Of a stretch of 64,000 bases of DNA, positions 23,056 through 35,737 are shown one piece after another (within the stretch, counting starts at the first letter, position 1; the number at the start of each line of letters is the position of its first letter). The position numbers were made by a program, and so were the translations under genes. Origin of the DNA: Squalus acanthias (Eukaryota); the NCBI GenBank assembly GCA_030390025.1, contig CM059438.1, positions 63,924,001 to 63,988,000 on the forward strand. The letters run 5' to 3'. Under the pieces are notes generated by a model. It ran no database searches and was not told the DNA's origin. It saw only the letters and a program-made list of their open reading frames with translations.

Positions 23056-26000
23056 ATGGCGGACACGAACGCAGTTTCCGTGAAACTGCCGGAGTTTTGG
23101 GAAAACCAGCCCGAAGCCTGGTTCTTCCAAGCCGAGTCCCGATTCCGGCTGCAACGAATCACCACAGATGGGACGAAGTACGACTACCTCGTCACATCAC
23201 TCGGTAGCTCCACAGTTACGAAGGTCTGGACAGCGCAGAGGAGGGCAAGTATGCACATCTTAAGGCCGCGCTCCTTAAAAAATTTACGGCCTCGACATAC
23301 CAGCGAAACTGCCAGCTCCTCGACCTTCCAGACCTCGGTGATGCCTCACCGTCAGACCTCCTCTCCCACATGCTCTCCCTCACTGACGAGAGCCCAACCG
23401 GATCCCTCTTCCGCACGCTGTTCATCCGCCAGCTACCTCTCAGCATCCGCCCAGCGATCGTGGCGTCCGGCCTCACGGACCTGGAAGCCCTGGTCGATGA
23501 GGCCAACAAGCTGCTGTCCGCTCACTCCAGCCACGACATCACTCCGGACCTGGCAGCCACTGCCTGGGCGCGCCCCTCACTGGCCATCACTCGGCCACAA
23601 GGCCCAGCCACCGGGCTCACGGGGCCTTCACGCCCCACTAACCCGGGCCACTGTTACTACAACGCACGGTTTGGCGCCAGGGCACAACGGTGCACACCTC
23701 CCTGCTCTTTCAAGTCCACCCCCGTACCAGCCCCCGCGATGGCCGTGGGCCACGCGGGCTCCCTGCTGTACGTCACGGATGACAAAACCGGCCGCCGGTT
23801 CCTGTGCGACACTGGAGCTCAGCACAGCATCATTCCGGCCTCCGCCCTCGACATCCAAAAGGGCAAACGAGGACCGGCGCTGGCTGCTGCTAACGGCTCG
23901 GACATCCTGACGTCCGGCACCCGCACAGTCAGCCTCGACCTCGCTGGTCGCCGCTACCGATGGGAGTTCATCACTGCCAAGGTTCTCTCCCCTCTCATCG
24001 GCGCAGATTTCCTCTGCGCCCACGGCCTACTGGTAGACATCCCTCGACACCGCCTCGTGGACATGAACACCATGTCCCCCATCCTGGGCGCCATGGGCCC
24101 CCGTCAACCCGCCGACATGGCATCACAGTGCCATGCCCGGGCCACGGATGACTACTCGGCACTCCTGGCCGAATTCCCGGCCCTTACCAATCCGACCTTC
24201 TCCGCGGAGGCCGCCAAACACAGGGTGGAACACTTCATCCCCACCACAGGCCCCCCAGTGTATGCCCACGCCCGCAGGCTGGACCCGGCCAAACTGGAGA
24301 TCGCGCGGACCGAGTTTGTCACCATGGAACAGCTCGGCATCATCCGCTGCTCCAACAGTCCCTGGGCCTCCCCACTCCACATCGCCCCCAAACCAGGCGG
24401 GGGTTGGCGCCCCTGCGGGGATTACCACCGCCTCAATGACGCCACCACCCCTGATCGGTACCCCGTGCTGCACATCCAGGACTTCTCGGCTAGACTGGCC
24501 GGCCGCTCAGTCTTTTCCAAGGTCGACCTGGTGCGCGGCTACCACCAAGTCCCCGTCCACCCCGCGGACATCCCTAAGACAGCCGTAATCACCCCCTTCG
24601 GCCTTTTCGAGTTCCTGCGGATGCCCTTCGGCCTCAAAAACGCGGCCCAGGCATTCCAACAGCTCATGGACTCGGTCCTTCGGGACCTGAAGTTCCTGTT
24701 CGTCTACCTGGACGACATCCTGGTAGCCAGTTCCTCCAAGCAGGTACACCTCGAACACCTTCGCATCCTGTTCGGGCGCCTCAGCGACCACGGGCTCATC
24801 CTCAGCCCAGCCAAATGCCAGTTCGGCCTGGACAAGATCGACTTCCTCGGCCACCACATCACCCATGCTGGGGCCATTCCCCTGCCCACCAAGGTGCAGG
24901 CCGTCCAACAATTTCCCCGCCCCACCACCATCAAAGGCCTCCAGGAGTTCCTCGGGATGGTGAATTTCTACAACCGCTTCATCCCCAAAGCGGCGTCCCT
25001 CATGAGGCCCGTGTTTGAAGCCCTCCGGGGCAGAAGCGGCAAGATGGCGGTCGAATGGACGGCAGACGCGTCAGCCGCCTTCGACTCCACCAAGACCGCG
25101 CTCGCCAACGCCACCCTGCTCGCGCACCCACGGCCCAATGCCAGGGTAGCGCTCACCACGGACGCCTCCGACCACGCGGTCGGTGCCGTGTATGAGCAGT
25201 GGGTCGACGGCGCCTGGCAACCACTTGCCTTCTTCAGCCGCCAACTACGCCCCCCGGAGGTCAAGTACAGCACCATCGACCGCGAGCTCCTCGCGCTGTT
25301 CCTGGCGGTCCGCCATTTTCGGTTTTTGCTGGAGGGCCACCCCTTCACTGCGTTTGTCGACCACAAGCCCCTGACATTCGCAATGGCAAAGACAACCGAC
25401 CCCTGGTCCGCCAGGCAGCAGCGCCAGCTCGTGGCAGTGTCCGAGTTCACCACGGACATCTAACACGTCTCCGGCCGAGACAATGTGGTAGCCGACTGCC
25501 TCTCCCGCTCCGCCATCCACGCCGCACACCTGGCAGTCGACTACGCTCAACTTGCAGCAGACCAGATCACCGACCCTGATCTGCTCTCTGCACCTACCAA
25601 CCTACCAGGGCTACACCTGGCCGACGTCGCCTGTGGCACGACCGCAGTCACGGTCAAGTGCGACATATCCCTATGTCAACCTTGGCCTATCGTCCCAGCG
25701 TCCTGGCGCTGCCGGGTATTCGAGATTCTCCACAACCTCTCCCACCCCGGCGCCCGCGCATCCATCAAATTGGTAGCCAACCGCTTTGTCTGGCGCAGCC
25801 TTCGCAAGGATGTGCGTACTTGGGCCAACTCCTGCCTAGCCTGCCAACGGGCCAAGGTGCAGCAACACACGAAAGCACCCCTCGAGGAGTTTACCGTCCC
25901 TTCGCGTAGATTCGACCACATCCACGTGGACATCGTCGGGCCCCTGCCACCGTCGCACGGCAGCACGCACTTGCTGACGATCGTTGACCGCACCACGTGC

Positions 26001-26854
26001 TGGCCCGAGGCAATTCCACTGACCTCTACCACCACCGCTGACATCGCCAGAGCCTTCGTCAGCACCTGGGTCGCACGGTTCGGCGTCCCCTCCGACATGA
26101 CGTCGGACAGAGGTCCGCAATTTACCTCTGAACTCTGGACCGCCGTCGCACGCAATCTCGGGGTGACCATTCACCACACCACAGCGTACCACCCCCAAGC
26201 CAACGGACTGTGTGAGCGGTTCCACAGATCCTTGAAGGCATCTCTTTGAGCCAGCCTCCAGGACAGCGCCTGGACCGACCGACTCCCGTGGGTCCTCCTC
26301 GGCCTGCGCACCGCGGTTAAAGAAGACCTCCACGCATCGGCATCAGAGCTCGTGTACGGTCAGCCGCTGCGCGTACCCGGCGAGTTCCTTCCCACTGCCA
26401 CGACACCCTGGTCAGCCGACCAGCAACGCCACGACTTCGCCTCACCGGCACTACAGTTCGCCCGGTGCCCATTGCCCGACACGGCGAATCCACCTCACAC
26501 GTCCCACTAAGCCTGCACCAGGCACGATTCGTTTTCGTCCGGCACGACGCCCACCGCGGACCCCTTCAACCCCCGTACGACGGGCCCTACAAGGTGCTAC
26601 AGGCTGGGGACAAATTTTTCACCCTGCAAGTGGGCGACAGGACCGAAAAAGTGTCGGTTGACCGACTCAAGCCAGCACACTTGGTGCCCGGTGAGCAGGT
26701 CCCTGTAGCCCGTCCACCGCCACGCGGCCGACCTGCCCTCAAGCCAGTTCACCCGGCTGCTCCACGCCCGGCCGTTCCACGTCCACCGGCGTCCTACAAG
26801 AGCCGCTCCGGCCGGCCCATCAGACCGCCGCACCATCTCGTCCACACCTCCTAA
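23056..26854 (+). pseudogene. Gypsy gag-pol polyprotein, disrupted
   Basis: Gag KLPEFW...PEAWF; protease DTGA; RT YLDD; RNase H TDAS; integrase HHCC plus D,D,E (HVDIVGP, SDRGPQF, NGLCERF); GPY motif. Frameshifts at about 23225 and 26460; stops at 25461 and 26247. Confidence 0.92.
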
Positions 26855-26874
26855 GCGGATTCTGGGGGGAGCTG

Positions 26875-27106
26875 TGTGGCAGATCGCCACCTAAACGGGC
26901 ATAACCCACTTTTCCGTCCGTGGACAATAAATCGGGCACCTTGCCTTTAAGGCGCATACTGCCTTTAAGGCAGGGAAAAAAGGAGTGGGCGTGGCCTCAG
27001 AGTTTGCAGAGAGATGTTAGCAGCCATTTTACCAGAGATGTGATTAAAAACCATGTGTTGCACTTATTGACTCGGCTTCAATTCGTGTTTCGCGGCAGCC
27101 ACAACA
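26875..27106 (+). repeat. 3' LTR (232 bp)
   Basis: Follows the PPT; ends ...gccacaaca then ATAT. Confidence 0.95.
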
Positions 27107-27499
27107 ATATATTTGAAAAGGAGAAATTTGCAGGGGGAGTGGGAGTAATTGGGCCGCTCTTTCAAAGAGCTGGCACAGATGCAACGGTCCAAATGGCCTC
27201 CTTCTGTGCTCTATGATCAGCAGACCCGGTATTGAGCCCATGCAGCTGGGATGTCCCTTACAGTTGAGTCGTCCTCTTCACTGTACCTGGGAAACACGGG
27301 ACCTCCAGGCGCAGTGGAGAGGAATAAAGGGGCGTGGACCTGCACTTCCATCATGGAACTGGATATTGTACTGTGCGCCGGGAATTCTCGAACAGATGTT
27401 GCGTCATTGTTGTAATGAGTTTGTAAAATTAGACGTAAATTAGTATCTTGGGATCTTTATTTTATTAAATACAAAATTAACCAACAACAGCACCAATCA

Positions 27500-27600
27500 C
27501 AAAAAAACCCAGAAAATGCTGGAAATCATCAGGTCAGGCAGCATCTGTGGAGAGAGAAATAGTGTTAACGTTTCAGGTCGATGACCTTTCGTCAGAACAC
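27500..27600 (-). mobile_element. Short Penelope pLTR fragment
   Basis: cagaaaatgctggaaat...caggtcaggcagcatctgtggagagagaaa, homologous to the other pLTRs. Confidence 0.75.
27562..27600 (-). ncRNA. Minimal type-I hammerhead ribozyme motif
   Basis: GUGUU-CUGACGA-A-AGGUC(AUC)GACCU-GAAAC-GUU-AACAC. Confidence 0.7.
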
Positions 27601-28989
27601 ATGACAGGTGCAGCATGCCAAAAGCTGACCAACAAAAGCGGATCATTGTATATTTTGTCCATACTTCATGTAAGCAAATAAACTCTGTACAACTTTCAGC
27701 ACAGGCCCATAATTCTGGTTTAAGTGTGTAATTCTGTGTAATTTGATTGTGTGTCAAACAATGGATGCCGACAACTTGTCGTATACGAAAACTCCCACAG
27801 TGGGCTAACTGAGGGTCTAAAGATATTTCATTGAAGGATTACTCCGTCACTGACCTGGCACTACCTCAGTTTAACATCTCATTATGGGATTACACCGACC
27901 TGGCATGTCTCTTTTTAAGCAATGCATTAAGGGGTTGCATAGCCCTGTTGTAGCCCCTTAGAAATAACACAATTGTTCAGCTTTTCTTAATTCAGAGAGC
28001 AAACATGAATTGGGCAGCCCCAGGGGCAGGTACTGTGAACGCACTTAGCCTAGATACTTAGCTATTTATGCATAGCCATCTGAGAGCTCTTTATCCAAAT
28101 AATCCAATTCACAAGGCTCCTTTCCTCACCACATAGACACATGTTTAGCAGCCCAATAGTGGCACTCCAGTGATGTTCATGAAGCAAATGTACTTGGTGT
28201 TGGTTTGCCTCCTAACACAGCATCTGTTCTCATACTGCTTGCGAACTGTCTGATTCTTTCGGTCTATGATGATGCCAGCAAATTGGAATATTTTCCAAGG
28301 TAGATGAACACAAAAAGATAACTGGATATCTGATGCCACAACCGTGCGTAAATACACTTGCAGTTGAGTTACATTCTCTTTTAATGCCTGTATTTTAAAA
28401 AGATCTTGACCCTGTAAAATCCAGGCACCCTGTTAATGTTAATGCCAATATGGATGAGCATTTTTCTTGGTGTTTTATTCTTCTTCAATATACTACAGTG
28501 TTTGAGACATTCACACTAATGGGTCTTCTCCTCACCGTGAGAGTTTCTGTTCAAGAAGCTCCTTGGGTGTAGTCTAATTAGCTGTGAAAATCCAAATTCA
28601 ACATATCCTTCAGTGTAAAGCCTCTGAGCTGTTCTTACCTGTTCAGTTCATTGGCCCAGTCCCAGAGTACTCTCAGTGCTCCCAATAATCGCAGTCAGAA
28701 AATGTCCCTATTCAGCTATCCTTGTGAGTGAATCTTGCACCCGGCACCTGGAAACTGTGCTTTTTCTATAACAGTCCTTGTAGACTCGTAGACAGATGGC
28801 TAAGAATTCTCTCACTTGCGGTGCGCTGCCTAATCGCGCACCATGTTCCTCAAACATTACATATTATCAGACCTGCGTGTTATAAATAAACAGCAGTATG
28901 AAGAACAATAATCAGCAGATTAGAAAAAATATAATGCAATATTAATATTTCTTAGAAGATGGCATTTACTATGGAAAAATTAAAGTAAC

Positions 28990-29280
28990 GTCTGTCCTCT
29001 CAGGTAGACGTAAAAGATCCCATGGCACTATTTCAAAGAAGAGCAGGGGAGCTCTCCCCGGTGTCCTGGGCCTTGTTTATTCCTCAACTAACATCACGGA
29101 AGACAGATTATCTGGTCATTATTGCATTGCTGTTTGTGGGACCTTGCTGTGCACAAATTGGCTGCCGCGTTTCCCACATTGCAACAGTGACTGCATTTCT
29201 AAAGTGCTTCATTGGCTGTAAAGCGCTTTGGGATGCTCTGAGGTCATGAAAGGCGTTATAGAAATGCAAGTCTTTCTTTC
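28990..29280 (+). mobile_element. 5'-truncated DeuSINE
   Basis: Deu-domain 3' part plus the tail gcaagtctttctttc. Confidence 0.8.
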
Positions 29281-29652
29281 AATTAAATTATTATGCAGAA
29301 GAAGAAAAAAGTGGACTACATAAGTACTCCAAGTGAAGTGTTGAAATAGCAAGGATAAAGTTGAACACGATCTAGGGGTATGATATAAGTAGACTCGGTA
29401 CGGAACATGTTCAATCACTGCAGAGTAGTAAACAATAAGGCAAACAGAATGCTGAATTACAGAACCAGTACAGTAGAGTACAAATCGAAGGAACTCATTC
29501 TTCAACTGCGCAGGGCTTAGGTCAGACTACACTTAAATAGTATGTCCAGTTCTGGTCATCAAAGCACAAGGGTGCGTTTCAAGCCTTGGATGGGCTGCAT
29601 GGAAGACTGTGAGGTTGACCCCAAGCATCAGGCGGTTGTTATGAAGAAAAAA

Positions 29653-30116
29653 AAAAGACTTGCATTTGTATAGCGCCTTTCACGTCCACCGGATGTTTCA
29701 AAGCGCTTTACAGCCAATGAAGTACTTTTGAAGTGTAGTCACTGTTGTGATGTGGGAAACACGGCAGCCAATTTGCGCACAGCAAGCTCCCACAGACAGC
29801 AATGTGATAATGACCAGATAATCTGTTTTTGTCATGTTGGCTGAGGGATAAATATTGGCCAGGACACTGGGGATAACTCCCCTGCTCTTCTTCAAAATAG
29901 TGCCATGGGATCTTTTACATCCGCCTGAGAGAGCAGACGGGGCCTCGGTTTAATGTCTCATCTGAAAGACGGCACCTCCGACAGTGCAGCACTCCCTCAG
30001 CACTGTACTGGAGTGTCAGCCTAGTTTTATGTGCTCAAGTCCCTGGAGTGGGACTATTAACCCACTAACTTCTAGGCTCAGAGGCGAGTGTGCTACCAAC
30101 TGGGCCACAGCTGACC
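29653..30116 (-). mobile_element. Full-length DeuSINE, inserted in an old CR1 fragment (about 29500-30330)
   Basis: Co-linear with 21991-22445; the flanks resemble a CR1 RT tail. Confidence 0.85.
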
Positions 30117-30606
30117 CCTGAAGGCTGAAGATATTTGGGCTTTTTGGTCTCAGAAGGTGTCTACCTCATAGAGGTGTGTGATAGTAAGAGGACTATATAG
30201 AAAAGGTAGATCCAGAACACTACTTCAGATTGAACTGAGAGTAGGAGACACAGGTACATACCTAGCACAAGGCAAATTTAGGACTGAAATTTATTTTTCT
30301 GCACACAAAGAGTGAGCACCACGTGGAATGAGAAAGTCCACAACTGGTCAATTACCTTAAGTAAGAAAAGCTTCACATTTAGTTTATCAGTTTCTGTCAA
30401 GAGTTTACTGTACAATCAGTTCAGCCTTACTTTTCCTTTTCTCCAGCTCAAATCTTCATTTTCTGTCCGGTAGGGTTTGGAATTGCGAATTCTTTGTCCT
30501 GTTCAACCGGGTACGTTCCTGAAAACAACACACTGATTGTCCCAAAGCCCCAGTTTGGACCAATTCGGTAAAATAAAATAAAATAATTACTACTCACTGT
30601 AGTTGT

Positions 30607-31342
30607 ATCTGTCTGAGGCTGAACCACACTGTTCGCAACCTTGGTGACATATTTGACCCTGAAATGAGCAGCATAACTAAGAACACCTATAACCTCCATA
30701 ACATCGCCCGTCTTCGCCCTTGCCTCAGTTCACCTGCTGCTGAAATCCTCATCCATGCCTTTGTTACCTCTAGACTTGACTATTCCAACGCACTCCTGGC
30801 TGGCCTCCCACATTCCACCCTACGTAAACTTGAGGTCATCCAAAACTCAGCGGCCCGTGTCCTAACTCGCACCAAGTCCCGTTCGCCCATCACCCCTGTG
30901 CTCGCTGACCTACATTGGCTCCCGGTTAAGCAGCGCCTCAATTTCAAAATTCTCATCCTTGTTTTCAAATCCCTCCATGGTCTCGCCCCTTCCTATCTCT
31001 GTAATCTCCTTTAGCCCCACAACCCCCCGAGATATCTGCGCTCCTCTAATTCGGCCCTTTTGAGCATCCCTGATTATAATCGCTCCACCATCGGTGGTCG
31101 TGCCTTCTGTTGCCTAGGCCCTAAGCTCTGGAATAAACCTCTCTGCCTCACTACCTCTCTTTCCTCCTTTAAGACGCTCTTTAAAACCTACCTCTTTGAC
31201 CAAGCTTTTGATCACCTGCGCTAATTTCTTCTTATGTGGCTTGGTGTCAAATTTTTTGTCTTTTAATACTTCTGTGAAGCACCTTGGGATGTTTTACTAC
31301 GTTAAAGGCGCTATATAAATACAAGTTGTTGTTGTTGTTGTT
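30607..31342 (+). mobile_element. L2 LINE 3' fragment
   Basis: ORF 30664-31014 with LIHAFVTSRLDYSNALL...LHWLPV; (GTT)n tail. Confidence 0.9.
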
Positions 31343-31500
31343 TACAAGGAAAATGAGCCATATCTGATTAACAACAGGGGGAGGGGAAATATAGTTGTCC
31401 TCCAAACAAAATCAACAGATCAGACTCTGTCACTCCTGTTCTATTAATTGATCATTTTCCTGTGTAGTCATACAAGTGGAAATGCCTCAAGAAAGATATG

Positions 31501-31651
31501 GGGGTAGAAATTCGTCTTGGGCGGAGGAGCAAAACAGGCGGTATCCGATCGGCCGCCCGTTATACACAGCACCTGATCTTCAGTTCCATTGCAGTTACTG
31601 GAATGAATATCGGGTGCTGCGTATATCCGCCCAAGATGAATTTCTACCCCC
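31501..31651. mobile_element. Short MITE with about 25-bp TIR; probable TSD ATG
   Basis: ggggtagaaattcgtcttgggcgga / tccgcccaagatgaatttctacccc. Confidence 0.8.
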
Positions 31652-32285
31652 ATGGGAAGATTAAACTAATGTGCTAACTAGTAAAGACATAAAATTGGCT
31701 CATTGTGAACAAGGGGTTTTATTTTTATTTGATGAAGACCAACTGGTATTCAAGTGAATCGTTACCAGTACGCTTGTAAGAGTGTTTGTAACTATATTTA
31801 TTGGGGTGGCTGGTGTTTCACTCTGATGGCAAAAAGTTGCATTGTGTTTGGTGAGAAATATCACATTTTCCTTCCTGTTGGACTTTTTGATTAACTGCAT
31901 TGTTTCTGAGCTATAGCTATCCAGAAAGAAATATCATTTTATATTTACAAAAATTGCTGAGTGGTAATATTTCCCCTTCCCCAAAATATGGCTAGTGTAA
32001 AATCCCAGAAAAATTGGTTAAAATATCAACGATGTACAGACACAGGGATGGTCGCCCATTAAATCCTCCCACTTGTTCGTATTAGGTTTTTGCAGACATA
32101 ACATGTCCTACTCCAGTCTGAATTGGGAGCAGCAATCACCGATCTTATTTATACTCATCCATGCAAGCCATCGCTTCCTGACTGGCGCTTAACCTCGCTG
32201 ACAGAGCTAGTGCTTGGTAGATTGAGAGAGAATTGGTTAAGCACAGGGAGACCTACCAACAGAAAAATGAGAGAAATAATGTACC

Positions 32286-32514
32286 TGACATGAATCTTGT
32301 CATTCATGTGGAAATTACTTATGAAATAATACTGGGCAGCCTGCTGGTGGCGCTGTCCAGGGAGAGTATAAATACTCGGGCATGGGCCCAGCTTGCTCAG
32401 GACATCCTTTAACAGGAACAAGTGAAGGACACAACTAGACCTCCATGTTGAAAAACCGTTGATTAAAGCTTTGTTTAACGCTTAGACCAAGTGCCTAGTA
32501 GTTTTTTTACGTCA
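32286..32514 (+). mobile_element. Solo LTR (229 bp) with 5-bp TSD GTACC
   Basis: GTACC at 32281-32285 and 32515-32519; TG...CA ends; TATAAA and ATTAAA present. Confidence 0.85.
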
Positions 32515-33477
32515 GTACCTACTAGTCTGTGCCAATAGTTGTCCCTTCAGGGCAGCCCTATCTAGCTTTTGGATCATATGCCTCAAAGACTTGAGTTGGT
32601 GCACCTGCTGAGGACCTGAAAAGGGTGCTTGAACAGTAAACATAGCTGACCAGATACTTCAACAGCACCATCATGAAGCAAAGCAGTAAAGCTTGAACCA
32701 ATGACTCAAAGCAAGAATGGGACGTTTCTTGATTTCTGAATCACTGAGTGAACAAGCCTGGCTGTGAATTCATTACAGCTCCTCTTGGTAGAATTAGGTA
32801 TCTAGAATTGTTACTAGGCTACACCTTCCCTGACTAGACCACACATCTGCTCTTTTTGGTTTTCAGTGGTTCTCGATACCAATATGAAAAGAATACTATA
32901 GACTTCAGTTGAGGCAAGAAATAGTTTACGAGAGACCTCCCTATTCAGTTATTTTTCATTTGAACAGCACTCCCATATAAATGGTAATTTCCAGCTATTC
33001 TCAGATCATATCTTCTCTGAGTTTTATGACAACCATTTTGAAATCAAGTGGTAAAATCTGAAGTGGGAAAAAAATTACTATTAGTTTGGTTTCCATTTTC
33101 CCACCATATCAATCAGGGACTTGATTTTCTAATTAAATACACTAACACCCATACAATGGGTGAGTTGGACTTCCATTAAACTACCAAGTTACTGCGGTAA
33201 AAAGGCTACAAACAGCTGCTCAAAGTGTCCCACCTGGTGGCTCAGGAATGAACTTGAGAGATGTGAACACCGAGTTTAATTCAAACTGGTGAGTCCATCA
33301 TGCTGTCACCAGATCTACTGGCATCCCAGTTATTAATTTTAATATTTAAGCATGAACGATCTTGCCGCTGAACTGCCTCATCCATCTTTTGTCTATTATT
33401 GTGTCAGCAATAATATGTGCTGTTACTACTTCAGAATTTAAATGTATTTCTTCAAGTATATGCTGTTGAAAGATAAT

Positions 33478-34169
33478 GGGGGAAAAATTGGGTAGGTTTG
33501 CGCCTCTCAGTAGCGTCCCCAGGGGGCTCTAACGGAGTGCAAATCCCCCAGCGCCCGGGCGCGGTGCCGCTAATGCCTCCCGCGAAATTCATCGCGAGGT
33601 TAGCGGCGGCGGTAGTGCACTACGCCGCCGCGCTGTTGCGCTGCCAGCGATGACATCATCGCCATGTGCAGCGCCCTGCTTGCGCCCCCTGACCTATCGC
33701 CACACGATATATGTGACAGGATCAGGGGGCGGTTTGGCAGCGGCGACGGCGCAAGTTAAAGGGCAGGTGTCTGGTGGCCATTTTTATTTTGGCCGACTGC
33801 CAGCATCTGCCCCCTTTCGCTTTTGTATGCAGGGTGCCGGCCGCGATCACTGAGCCGGGCTGTTTTCACGGCACCCCGCTCCCCAGTGTTCCGGCAGGGC
33901 CCCAGTGCGCGCACCGCTATGCCCCTCCCCTTTAATCAGGGGAGGAGGCCTGCAATGACGCGGCGCTATGTGCCGCCATGCGTAGCGCAGCGAAATTCAG
34001 TAGTAGCGCCCCAAGCAGGAGGTGAAGCGCTTTCCAACAGCGCCCCACCTCCTGCTTTGGGCGCTACTACTGAATTTACGGCGGAGGGGTGCTAACTTTT
34101 TTGGGGTGCTTATTTTAGCGCCCCGGCGACGTTAGCGCCCCAAAATGGGCGCCACCCAATTTTCCCCCC
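33478..34169. mobile_element. Harbinger MITE, TSD AAT
   Basis: gggggaaaaattgggt / acccaattttcccccc; subterminal similarity to the right end of the 55943-59857 element. Confidence 0.85.
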
Positions 34170-35737
34170 AATGTACTTAAAGGAACGCAGCCACCAGCTT
34201 TTCAGAAATCACTGTGCTGCTTCCTACCCCCTGGATAAGTGGAAATGTGGTTTCAGTTTTTAAATCTTCGATGAATTTTCATCAGCAACAAAAAAATCAG
34301 CCCTGAAGCCAGGATCTCACTCATTGCTTCATAGTTATTTTGCTTTCTGTTAAGTTTTGGATTTGGCAAAACGTGGCAAACCTAAACAGAGTGTAAAAGA
34401 AAATGATTTAACTACAGTTGCGTGTAGTGTCACAACGACTAGCTTTTAATAAATAAGCCCCGTTACTACTTGCTGGACACCAAACCTGCTCATTAAGCTT
34501 TTAGCACATGGGAAATCTCAACATTTTCTGACGACTTTCTAACCTGATTAGACTTCCAGGTCATTGCAAGACCCTATATCTGTGTAGCTCTGACAACACT
34601 GTGAGCAGGATTGCCAGAGGCCAGTTCTTGAGAGTACTATGGATTGTACTGTTGCGGAAGAGCAGCAAGTCCAGAGTGAGGAAAGGTCATTCAGCCCATG
34701 CGTGATTATTCTATCAAGGACCCCTGCCCTTCCCTCAACTACATGTTAACCCCTACTCTGAGGAATAGCAAGTCATTTTCCTAGCACCATTGATAAAAAG
34801 CTCAAGCAGTTGTATTAGTATCTCTCCAACCCTCAATCCCCTTTCTTGATATCAATCTCGGATGCCTTTTAAAGACATCCATGGCCAATTGCCAAGATAA
34901 GATGAAAGCCTGAAGACTTGGAAAAGCCCATATTTAATTTTGGTCTTAATTCAAAATCTGAGCTATCCAGACCTTGCTTTGCCATTGTGTTCTATTCCAT
35001 GGTGCTCTGTGCACTCGTGGGCAGCTGTGACCGTGATGCTCAGAATGGTTTCATGTACAGTGAACAACACAATCTCCTTTTAGGTTACGTTGTTACTGAG
35101 GCAACAAATGCGTATAATTAAGAGAAATGGATGGGAGCTCATTGACATTATGGCATGTTTGTCTAGTTGGCTTTTTTTCTGTGGGGCACGGCAACTTTAT
35201 TATGATCCCAACAGCTAAACAACAAAATGTAATAGTACCACTGTGGGTCCTGGTGTTGTGTTAATTTGCCTGCTTTAGAGAAAACTCTACCCTGGTCCAA
35301 AGCAATGTTAACATTCACGGTGTTAAACAGATTAAAGTGCCTTGCCTTTGCTATTTCATGTTACCCAGGGGAACTATCTGCGTGCCTGCGATTGGAAAAG
35401 TTACTCTGCAGCTACGATTAAAGTTTATTGCAACAATTTAAGAACCAGTAGGAAGAAAATTACATTGATAAATGTTTCTTCCCTTTAGGCCGATGACGAG
35501 GAACAGTGTACTAAACCGTTATATTCTTTTACAAATGTATCCCTTGGAAAATTCAGCAATGTTGCAACCGTATTCCAATGGGATAAATCAACTTAAAAAA
35601 GAGAAAAATAATCACTCATTATTTCATCAGATCTGCCATTTGAGAGAAGGTCACATATAAATTATAATCAGCCTTTAATAAAACAACAGTTTTGTTGCAT
35701 TTTTTTATTGGGGAATATGGAGTAGCCCTAATACGAT

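Larger units (their letters stand above)
22784..27106 (+). mobile_element. Full-length Ty3/Gypsy LTR retrotransposon (defective)
   Basis: LTRs 22784-23015 and 26875-27106 (TG...CA). TSD ATAT. PBS and PPT (ggggggagc, about 26864-26872) present. Domain order gag-PR-RT-RH-IN. Confidence 0.95.
22562..27215 (+). mobile_element. CR1 3' fragment (22562-22783 and 27107-27215) split by the Gypsy insertion
   Basis: CR1 3' sequence is continuous across the ATAT TSD. Confidence 0.75.

Noticed and set aside
23200..23260. Possible programmed gag frameshift
   Set aside because: It falls inside the capsid-like region with no slippery heptamer; a deletion lesion is more likely.
23216..26333. Many antisense and alternative-frame ORFs over the Gypsy element
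   Set aside because: Shadow ORFs of GC-rich pol sequence; no motifs.
33478..34169. CpG-island host promoter (also 21164-21360 and 50603-51495)
   Set aside because: CpG-rich tracts coincide with TIR/TSD-bounded MITEs.
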